Shown here in pieces: positions 25,888 to 32,000 of a stretch of DNA of 32,000 bases. Made by a program: the position numbers and the translations under genes. The notes below the pieces were generated by a model. That model had not been told where the DNA came from and ran no database searches. It saw only the letters and a program-made list of their open reading frames with translations. Position 1 is the first letter of the stretch; the number at the start of each line of letters is the position of its first letter. Location: NCBI GenBank assembly GCA_004284765.1, contig NQJD01000003.1:60001-92000 (forward strand), in the 5' to 3' direction. This DNA is from Candidatus Electronema aureum (GTDB taxonomy: Bacteria; Desulfobacterota; Desulfobulbia; Desulfobulbales; Desulfobulbaceae).

Positions 25888-26298
25888 TTACTTTGCTGGT
25901 ACCTCCGCCGGTTTGCTCTCAGCGGCTTTTGCCTCTTCTGCTTCTGCGTCTTTAAAATCCTGCTCTGTCAGCTCGAAATCTGCATCATGTGCCTGATCCA
26001 CCCGCAGAAGGATGGTCATCTTGCCCTTGTACGGCGGCTCAAAGTTGAACTTGCCCTCCTTGTCCGTATCGCCTTCAAGGACTTTGTCGCCCTTCTCATT
26101 GACCACAATCACCTTGCCGTTCTGCACTGTTCTGCCGCTGCCCATGAACGATCCTTCCACATAGACGCGGCCTTTCTCGATGTAGCACCAGAGATTGGTC
26201 GCATGTGCATGGACGGATGCGGCAAAAGACAGCAGCAGTAGTGCTGCGGCCAGCAGTGCCGCCGACTGTTTGAACACTGTGTTTAACTTGTACATCAT
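25888..26298 (-). CDS. Small periplasmic transthyretin/CarboxypepD_reg-like protein resembling NikL-type Ni/Co transporter accessory components
   Basis: Signal peptide ...LLSFAASVHA, then a mature N-terminus HATNLWCYIEKGRVYVEGSFMGSGRTVQNGKVIVVNEKGDKVLEGDTDKEGKFNFE. The pattern (N-terminal His, NxF/W-x-Y-x-E-G, G-K-V-x-V, EG-x-TD-x-x-GKF-x-F) is what I recall for accessory periplasmic proteins of NikMNQO/CbiMNQO loci. AGGAGGG lies 5 nt upstream. Confidence 0.55.
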   Translation of the reverse strand: MMYKLNTVFKQSAALLAAALLLLSFAASVHAHATNLWCYIEKGRVYVEGSFMGSGRTVQNGKVIVVNEKGDKVLEGDTDKEGKFNFEPPYKGKMTILLRVDQAHDADFELTEQDFKDAEAEEAKAAESKPAEVPAK

Positions 26299-26380
26299 AG
26301 TACCCTCCTTGATACGTTAAAAGAACTACGTAATGTAGCTCTCATTGCCTGTTATGCCCATGCGTCATGTCGGCACTACT

Positions 26381-26890
26381 CTACTCCTTCTTGCTCTTCT
26401 TCTTCCCTATACCGAAGTAATCGTCCAGAAAGGCGAAGGCGTATCCCACCTGCGGATCAAATGCCTCCGCCGCCTCTGCCCGGTGATAGACCCGCAGCAC
26501 AGCCCGGTAGGCATCAGCGAGATGGAACATCCGCGTTTCCCGTACCTGCTCCGCCCGCCGCTCGAGCCATTCGGCATACGGAATAAGCTGATCGGCCAAA
26601 CTGAGCTGCTCTGCCACCTTGTCTGGGTCGAATTCCTCTGCGGTCAATTGGAGTTTGTCCGAAAAATCAGGGTACAGGCCGATGACTTGGCGGGCCGCCT
26701 CCGGGAATTCCATCTTTGGCTTAGGTAGGCTGCGGATTTCGTCCGCATTAAGGTCCATCAAGTCAAAGTGCGACAGGTCGATCTGCTTGTCTGCCAGGGT
26801 CGGCACATGCGGCGGGTTGTTCGGCGGATTAGGATTGTTTGAGTTGTCTGGCATCATATCCTCTTGCGGTTGAGTTGTTCGGTTGAACAC
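26381..26890 (-). CDS. Hypothetical 169-aa protein with an Asn/Pro-rich N-terminus, a helical body and a Lys-rich tail
   Basis: ORF with GTG start; an alternative is the ATG at 26857 after AAGAGGA. NSNNPNPPNNPP low-complexity stretch. No family recognised. Confidence 0.5.
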   Translation of the reverse strand: MFNRTTQPQEDMMPDNSNNPNPPNNPPHVPTLADKQIDLSHFDLMDLNADEIRSLPKPKMEFPEAARQVIGLYPDFSDKLQLTAEEFDPDKVAEQLSLADQLIPYAEWLERRAEQVRETRMFHLADAYRAVLRVYHRAEAAEAFDPQVGYAFAFLDDYFGIGKKKSKKE

Positions 26891-26939
26891 TGCTGATTAT
26901 TCGTTGATCCTCTCAGCGGCGTGGTTGATCGCTATATTT

Positions 26940-27042
26940 TATAGGTTAAAGCATAGGCAAAGTATGGTTCAACTACTATCTTTGTATGGTTCAAGCTATC
27001 CTTCAATATGGTTCAACCAATAGATGAGTATGGTTGAACCAT
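26940..27042. repeat. Iteron-like array of 4 (+1 degenerate) copies of TATGGTTCAA at exact 22-bp phasing, with the last two copies palindromic
   Basis: Copies at 26963, 26985 and 27007 (all TATGGTTCAA) and 27029 (TATGGTTGAACCAT), plus a degenerate TATAGGTTAAA at 26940. 27009-27019 is TGGTTCAACCA and 27030-27042 is ATGGTTGAACCAT. Confidence 0.9.
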
Positions 27043-27136
27043 GCCTGATGATACGTTCAGCTGACAGCCCCGGCTCATGCGTGTCGCAACCCTGTCCATC
27101 AGGTCTTTTAGATTGCTGCGGAGCGTGCGGCATGAA

Positions 27137-27820
27137 TCATTCCTTCAACGGTTTCTGAAAATGCTGGTAATCTTTCAGTGAAATCCAGCTGCCGCCCCAT
27201 GTCCAACCCAGCCGCACAAAGGCTCGGACAATCGGATGATTCTTCGTCAGCGTGCCAGCAGCAGCTGGATCATATTTTGCGCCTTTCGGAAGAACAGTAT
27301 TGCCTTTGATGTAGGGATTCTGGAATGGATTGATGTCAATGGCTCTGCCGTAGGCATGTTTTGACAGATGCGTGGTACCAACGCTGAACCTGTAATTGAA
27401 TGCAGATGTATTGTCAGCGGCCATGGAAAGGTTATCATCCAAGCCGAACTGTTTGGCTGCAATAGGGATGACAGAGTGAATAGGGAAACGTTGCTTGAAT
27501 GCAAGGCTGAACACTGTCTTGACATCATTTTCAAGATCAGCGTCAATCACCAGCTGACCTTGATGTATCTTCTTGTCGGATGAATAATACTTAACCTCGA
27601 TCAGCTTCTGCCGCCGCCGGATTTTCTCTGGGCAGTCCGTGGATAAGCCAGCAAACGCTTCTTTGCTGGTCATCTTGCTGTCGATGATCACGGCTTCGCT
27701 ATTCACACGGTTCCTGCTCTCAGCCAATGCGTATCTGCTGACAAGCATTCCAAGCATGACTGCTGCAAGCAGCATAACAGACAGACAGAGGGAACGAACA
27801 GATTGAATCATGGTCATCAT
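27137..27820 (-). CDS. Secreted M15-family metallopeptidase (VanY / D-Ala-D-Ala carboxypeptidase-like)
   Basis: Signal or anchor sequence MMTMIQSVRSLCLSVMLLAAVMLGMLV, plus the SKHAYGRAIDINP motif (SxHxxGxAxD). Confidence 0.75.
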   Translation of the reverse strand: MMTMIQSVRSLCLSVMLLAAVMLGMLVSRYALAESRNRVNSEAVIIDSKMTSKEAFAGLSTDCPEKIRRRQKLIEVKYYSSDKKIHQGQLVIDADLENDVKTVFSLAFKQRFPIHSVIPIAAKQFGLDDNLSMAADNTSAFNYRFSVGTTHLSKHAYGRAIDINPFQNPYIKGNTVLPKGAKYDPAAAGTLTKNHPIVRAFVRLGWTWGGSWISLKDYQHFQKPLKE

Positions 27821-27926
27821 CCTTTGTTGATTGCTCGAAATTCTCTCAGCGGCATGGTTTACTCTGCCGCTTCAATTCTTAATGCTCATGCGATGGCGGT
27901 TGACAATCATCCTTTATAGAATTTTT

Positions 27927-28316
27927 CTACCACGTTGCGCGTCTGATCCATTCTATGGCCTCAAAATGCTCATCCCGGCTCACCAGGATCAAATTGTGTT
28001 GAAGCGCGACCGCTGCAATCCAGATGTCATTCTCAGGGATTGGCCGTCCTTTCCGCTGCAAGCCGCTCTTCACGTCACCATAAAGCCGCGCTGTCTCCGC
28101 GTCGCAGCTCAGAATCACATTGTCTGCGACAAACTCTTCAATCCGCTGCGCATTCTCCGCAGGGCGGCCTGATTTTCTCGCCCCGTAAAACAGCTCGCCG
28201 ATGACTGCGGCAGGGATGAAAACCTCTTCGGCTGCCGCTATGTTCGCCATGACCGAAGCATCTCCGGCAAACAGGGCGATCACAATATTGGTGTCGAGAA
28301 GAAAGCTACCATTCAT
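27927..28316 (-). CDS. vapC: PIN-domain toxin VapC
   Basis: FLLDTNIVIALF...IGELFYGA...NDIWIAAVAL...LVSRDEHF. It overlaps the upstream antitoxin by 11 nt. Confidence 0.88.
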   Translation of the reverse strand: MNGSFLLDTNIVIALFAGDASVMANIAAAEEVFIPAAVIGELFYGARKSGRPAENAQRIEEFVADNVILSCDAETARLYGDVKSGLQRKGRPIPENDIWIAAVALQHNLILVSRDEHFEAIEWIRRATW

Positions 28317-28539
28317 GATGATCGACCTGTCCGCAGCCGCTTTTAATCGCCTCGCTCATTGCCTTCAGGTCGTCCGGCGCAGCAGTGCCCGCATATTTGA
28401 GAAGATTTTTGCCGGGTACGCCGCGTTTCCCGGACAAACTCAGCTCCCTGATGAAGCGCAGTGCCATCTCCTGCATTCTGCAAGGAAGAACCGCCATCTG
28501 CGCGGCGGCTTCCGCCACTAATCCAGTGTTCATTATCAC
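28306..28539 (-). CDS. vapB: VapB-type antitoxin
   Basis: 77-aa ORF upstream of and overlapping vapC. It has LP...QEMALRFIRELS and LLKYAGTAAPDDLKAMSEAIKSGCGQVD..EW patterns common to PIN-associated antitoxins. Confidence 0.7.
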   Translation of the reverse strand: MIMNTGLVAEAAAQMAVLPCRMQEMALRFIRELSLSGKRGVPGKNLLKYAGTAAPDDLKAMSEAIKSGCGQVDHHEW

Positions 28540-28587
28540 CCTCCAGCTGCTGTTGTTTCATCTGATTCGGCACAAAACCGCTCCTGC

Positions 28588-29655
28588 TCACCCCAGTACC
28601 GTCCTGCCGAAATGCGCATACGCCGCTGCTGTGGCCATTCTCCCCCTCGGCGTGCGCATGAGGAAGCCGGATTGGATCAGGAACGGCTCGCAGACATCTT
28701 CCAGCGTGTTCTTCTCTTCGCAGACCGCTGTGGCCAAGGTCTCCAAACCCACTGGCCCGCCCTGAAAGCGGTCGATCAGGGCCAGAAGGATGCGACGGTC
28801 CATCTCGTCCAGACCAAAGCGGTCAACCGCCAGCATGTCCAGCGCCTTACCCGCTACCTCGGCGGTGATCACCGCCTTGCCTGCGACCTCAGCGCAATCC
28901 CGCACTCGGCGCAGGAGGCGGTTGGCAATGCGCGGCGTACCTCGCGAGCGGCGGCCTATCTCTAATGCACCGTCGTCGCTGATGCCGATGCCGAACAGTC
29001 GGGCCGAGCGTTTGACTATCATCACCAACTCTTCAGGCGAGTAAAACTCTAAGCGCAGTAGCACACCGAAGCGGTCGCGCAGGGGCGGGGTGAGCAGGCC
29101 GGTGCGGGTGGTCGCGCCAATCAGCGTGAAGCGGGGCAGATCGATCTTGACCGAACGTGCGCCCGGCCCTTGACCAATGATCAAGTCGAGCTGATAATCT
29201 TCCATCGCCGGATACAGGATTTCCTCGACTGTGTTGTTGAGACGGTGGATTTCGTCAATGAAGAGCACGTCTCCGGCTTGCAGGCTGGTAAGGATCGCGG
29301 CGAGGTCGCCTGCCCGCTCAATCACCGGGCCAGAGGTGGTTTTGATCGCCGCGCCCATCTCGTTGGCAATGATGCAGGCCAGCGTGGTCTTGCCGAGGCC
29401 GGGGAAGCCGTGAAAGAGGACATGATCGAGGGACTCGCCGCGCCGTCGCGCTGCTTCGATGAACACCCGCAGACTGCTCTTTACCTGCTCTTGGCCGATG
29501 TATTCATCTAAGCACTGGGGTCGCAGGCCGACATCAGGCTGCATCTCATTAGCCAACCTACGACCCTCGACAATCCGCTTGCCGGTCAGCTCTTCCTCGT
29601 GCTTCATGCGCTTCTGTGTGGTTTGTTGGCAGAAAGGTGATGGGCTGCTGGACAC
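28588..29655 (-). CDS. ruvB: Holliday junction branch migration helicase RuvB
   Basis: [12 protein letters not shown]..., Walker [18 protein letters not shown]. The start is GTG at 29655, or possibly the ATG at 29607. No ruvA is adjacent. Confidence 0.93.
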   Translation of the reverse strand: MSSSPSPFCQQTTQKRMKHEEELTGKRIVEGRRLANEMQPDVGLRPQCLDEYIGQEQVKSSLRVFIEAARRRGESLDHVLFHGFPGLGKTTLACIIANEMGAAIKTTSGPVIERAGDLAAILTSLQAGDVLFIDEIHRLNNTVEEILYPAMEDYQLDLIIGQGPGARSVKIDLPRFTLIGATTRTGLLTPPLRDRFGVLLRLEFYSPEELVMIVKRSARLFGIGISDDGALEIGRRSRGTPRIANRLLRRVRDCAEVAGKAVITAEVAGKALDMLAVDRFGLDEMDRRILLALIDRFQGGPVGLETLATAVCEEKNTLEDVCEPFLIQSGFLMRTPRGRMATAAAYAHFGRTVLG

Positions 29656-29660
29656 ATAGG

Positions 29661-29691
29661 AGGCTCCTTACTCTCGGAGAGCAAGGAGCCT
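29661..29691 (-). terminator. Stem-loop between the CZB gene and ruvB
   Basis: AGGCTCCTT (29661-29669) pairs with AAGGAGCCT (29683-29691), with an inner CTC/GAG extension. It also contains the AGGAG that could serve as the ruvB RBS. Confidence 0.4.
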
Positions 29692-29725
29692 TGGCGTTGC
29701 TGCTTACCCGTTGTGGTCGTCGTGC

Positions 29726-30190
29726 CTACTCCATCTTCAATCCATATTTCTCTAATTGCTTATCACCCAGAGCCACGATTATTTTTTCCAAGAACAATAA
29801 TTGCTTCAGGATGGCATCAGACTGCTGCTCAAGTAAGTGGAATTTTTCCATTGCAGCTTCACGATTTGCCGCAGCAATCTTATGTGAAAGACCAAAGAGC
29901 CTGTTGAAGAATGATGGGCCTTGCACCTCTCCAAAGATGATCGCGAAGATTTCCATATAAATTCTATGCAGCTTGTCATGCGAATCTTCTATTTCCTTGA
30001 AGCCTTGCAGGTCTCGTAAATTCTGCCCTTCTCCGTAGTACCATTTACCGAAGGAACACTCAGTTGAATTGACAGGTACTTTTTCCTTTTCAAGTGGCAC
30101 ACCTTGAATTAAGGCAAGCGCATCTGTAACCCATTGCTTATGCGCACGCGCTGCTTCTCTCAAGGTTAAGATTACGTCATTTCTGTTCAT
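29726..30190 (-). CDS. Stand-alone chemoreceptor zinc-binding (CZB) domain protein
   Basis: AHKQWVTDALALI...STECSFGKWYYGEG...SHDKLHRIY, the H..W...C.(F/L)GKW...H...H pattern. ORF 29726..30241, with the preferred ATG at 30190 after GGAGAGGAAAG. Confidence 0.75.
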   Translation of the reverse strand: MNRNDVILTLREAARAHKQWVTDALALIQGVPLEKEKVPVNSTECSFGKWYYGEGQNLRDLQGFKEIEDSHDKLHRIYMEIFAIIFGEVQGPSFFNRLFGLSHKIAAANREAAMEKFHLLEQQSDAILKQLLFLEKIIVALGDKQLEKYGLKME

Positions 30191-30220
30191 GCTTTCCTCT
30201 CCTTCCTTCTTGAATGAATA

Positions 30221-30238
30221 TATCAGGATATCCTGATA
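30221..30238. promoter_or_regulatory. 18-bp perfect palindrome TATCAGGATATCCTGATA upstream of the CZB gene
   Basis: Read directly from the sequence. It lies 31 nt upstream of the preferred start. Confidence 0.5.
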
Positions 30239-30251
30239 CATACTTGTAGTT

Positions 30252-30282
30252 GTAATGCAGGAGCAATATACCCCTGCATTAC
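30252..30282 (-). terminator. 10-bp perfect stem-loop after the repeat-containing OMP gene
   Basis: GTAATGCAGG (30252-30261), an 11-nt loop, then CCTGCATTAC (30273-30282), 14 nt after the stop. No clear U tract. Confidence 0.45.
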
Positions 30283-30295
30283 CTTACAAGAAACT

Positions 30296-31738
30296 TTAGA
30301 AGCGGAACCGCAGGCCGCCGCCGATGCGTCCGTATTCATCCAGCTCATCGATCTCGTCGGTTGCCACCCGGCCTTCCAAGAAAATTGCTACGCTGGTGGT
30401 GGTTGGATTACCGAAGAGACGAAGGCCAAGCTCGGCGATGAAATCCGCTTGACTGTCCTCACTCGGCACATCATCCTCACCATTAGTCATCCATGCGCCG
30501 ATACCGAGTCCCATGAAGAAGGGAGACCACGTTGCGCCGTTGGTTGAGCATTGGAAAAAGTTGTACTGCACCAAGAAATCAAGCAGGAAGGCATCAGCAC
30601 CGGCATCGCCGTTTACTTTCGCTGCTCCACCGGCCAAGGCTAAGAAAGAGAACTGTGGATTAAGAACATACTCCACGCCTAACCTGCCGATTCCATACTC
30701 CGCATCCTCAGACTGGCGAAGATAACCGCCATCAGCCACGAAATGGAAGGGTGACTCGCAGCAGGTGGCCGCAGTCTGTACCTCTTTCACTTTGACCACT
30801 TCCTTGATCACTGGCTTGTCAACATAGACAGTTCTGGTCGGTCCCTGCACTCTGATCTTCTTAACCACCGTTCTGGTTGGGCCAGAAACACGGACTATTC
30901 TTTCTGGGCCGGGAACCTGTACCTCCTTCACCCGGTCAACATACTTGATCACTTCTTTAGGAACATAGACGGTCGGGCCAGGAACATTAACCGGTACCCG
31001 CACTTGTCTAACGACCTCTTTGGGAACATAAACTGTCGGACCAGGCACCTGCACTTGTCTGATCACTTGTACTGGCACTTGAACCGGGCGATCAACATAC
31101 TTGATCACTTCTTTAGGAACATAGACGGTCGGGCCAGGAACATTAACCTGCACCGGCACCTGTCGGATCACTTCCACCGGTCTATCGACATATTTGATCA
31201 CTTCAACGGGTACCTGAACTTGCTGAATTTGCTGCTGCTGTACCACGGGCGCAGGAGCTGTCTCTTTCAGAGCCAAGTTACCGCATTGCATCGGCACGGC
31301 AAACGTATAGCGTCGTCCGTTTTTATCAATGGAGAATTCAAAGACCGACAATGAAGACTTACCGCCCCAAGTTACATCCTTCGCCACTTTCACCCGGCCT
31401 TGGCCGTAGCGACGGAAAAGCATCCAGTCAATGTGCTGGCCCGGTTGATACTCAACGATGCTGATCTGCTGCGGATTTTGCTCAATGTGCGCCTGCATTA
31501 AAGGAAACAAATCAACATTTCCGGCCCTTCTCATGCCATCCTGAATGTCGTTGCCCATCTCTTGCATCATTGCCCGGAGATCATCTACGCTTGTCAGTGG
31601 GCGAGAAACCGGATGTCGTCCCACTGTCTGTAAAATGTTGGCGGCCTGAACTGCACCTGTGGATGCTGATAGTGCCACTAACAAGGCGGCGGATGCTAAA
31701 ATTTTCTTTTTCACTGCGTTCTTTCTCCTTCTGTTCAT
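30296..31738 (-). CDS. Outer-membrane protein: signal peptide, globular N-domain, Pro/Val-rich repeat rod, C-terminal small beta-barrel
   Basis: ORF 30296..31789. The ATG at 31738 gives MNRRRKNAVKKKILASAALLVALSASTGAVQA. The middle has repeats such as VNVPGPTVYVPKEVIKYVDR. The C-terminal ~150 aa has an alternating pattern ending GGGLRFRF (aromatic C-terminus). Confidence 0.75.
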   Translation of the reverse strand: MNRRRKNAVKKKILASAALLVALSASTGAVQAANILQTVGRHPVSRPLTSVDDLRAMMQEMGNDIQDGMRRAGNVDLFPLMQAHIEQNPQQISIVEYQPGQHIDWMLFRRYGQGRVKVAKDVTWGGKSSLSVFEFSIDKNGRRYTFAVPMQCGNLALKETAPAPVVQQQQIQQVQVPVEVIKYVDRPVEVIRQVPVQVNVPGPTVYVPKEVIKYVDRPVQVPVQVIRQVQVPGPTVYVPKEVVRQVRVPVNVPGPTVYVPKEVIKYVDRVKEVQVPGPERIVRVSGPTRTVVKKIRVQGPTRTVYVDKPVIKEVVKVKEVQTAATCCESPFHFVADGGYLRQSEDAEYGIGRLGVEYVLNPQFSFLALAGGAAKVNGDAGADAFLLDFLVQYNFFQCSTNGATWSPFFMGLGIGAWMTNGEDDVPSEDSQADFIAELGLRLFGNPTTTSVAIFLEGRVATDEIDELDEYGRIGGGLRFRF

Positions 31739-31816
31739 TTTGTATATTCCAGACGGGCGATTCCCGCCTGACAATTCAGTCAACAGCATGACGCTGCTGG
31801 AGAACTCATAGGTTCA

Positions 31817-32000
31817 TCAGGCCGGAAATTCTTCTCTGCCGATCAAGGCTGCGCCGACCGCGTTGCCCACCTCATAATGCTCCGGGAAGCTAACGCTGGT
31901 GCGCAACCGCTCGGCCACCGCAGGCAAGAAGCAGCGTGAGGCCGCGCCAATGCCGATGATTGGAATTTTCACCGCTACACTGAGGGAAAACAGCGAGTTG
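31817..32000 (-). CDS. C-terminal 60 codons of an ASKHA-fold (hydantoinase/oxoprolinase- or BadF/BcrA-like) protein; the 5' part lies beyond the right edge
   Basis: Hand translation: NSLFSLSVAVKIPIIGIGAASRCFLPAVAERLRTSVSFPEHYEVGNAVGAALIGREEFPA*. The family assignment is tentative. Confidence 0.4.
   Translation of the reverse strand, partial: NSLFSLSVAVKIPIIGIGAASRCFLPAVAERLRTSVSFPEHYEVGNAVGAALIGREEFPA

Noticed and set aside
26311-26340. TACGT-N10-ACGTA and CATGCGTCATG motifs upstream of the NikL-like gene as NikR operators
   Set aside because: The symmetry is short and imperfect and does not match the NikR boxes I can recall. It is mentioned only as a place to test binding.
27043-27110. Long imperfect inverted repeat (CCTGATG...GACAG / CTGTCCATCAGG) followed by TCTTTTA, as a plus-strand sRNA terminator
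   Set aside because: The left arm carries a 12-nt bulge and the inner stem is only 5 bp with a 24-nt loop. There is no evidence of a plus-strand transcription unit.
27843-27866. Sigma-54 promoter reading of GGCATGGTTTACTCTGC
   Set aside because: The GG-to-GC spacing is three nt too long relative to TGGCAC-N5-TTGC. The element also points away from the genes it precedes.

Overview
Almost fully coding 32-kb window with no rRNA, tRNA, CRISPR array, transposase or integrase that I can recognise. The minus strand carries an 11-subunit complex I operon (nuoA, a nuoB-nuoC fusion, nuoD, H, I, J, K, L, M, N; no nuoEFG here). It is followed by an AT-rich lectin-type lipoprotein gene and pntAA-pntAB-pntB, where pntB runs off the left edge. 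The nuo operon is interrupted twice by co-oriented accessory genes. (i) Between nuoB/C and nuoD lie a 2-TM effector-like protein and the ribosome-rescue factor arfB. (ii) Between nuoL and nuoM lies a 3.6-kb cassette: Uma2 endonuclease, an 11-12 unit 21-bp tandem repeat, a cytoplasmic FN3 protein, an overlapping pair of a 363-aa coiled-coil/TPR-like protein and DUF2442, then hicB, a stop-less hicA and a hicB remnant. The right half holds an M48/TPR protease, a nikR-PPC(DUF296) pair, an AT-rich membrane protein plus double-DUF1161 pair, and queH. It also holds a NikL-like periplasmic protein plus porin operon without any inner-membrane Ni transporter, an orphan 169-aa gene preceded by a 22-bp-phased iteron-like array, and an M15 peptidase. 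It ends with vapBC, ruvB, a CZB-domain protein, an outer-membrane protein with a Pro/Val-rich repeat rod, and a partial ASKHA-type gene at the right edge. The best candidates for something undescribed are the cassette inside nuoL/nuoM (especially the 21-bp repeat and the 363-aa/DUF2442/HicBA string), the 2TM+arfB insertion, the TGGTTnAACCA iteron array with its shared leader motif, and the nikR / NikL-like / porin nickel set. All product calls rest on motif recognition by eye from the supplied translations and my own hand translations. No database search was run.
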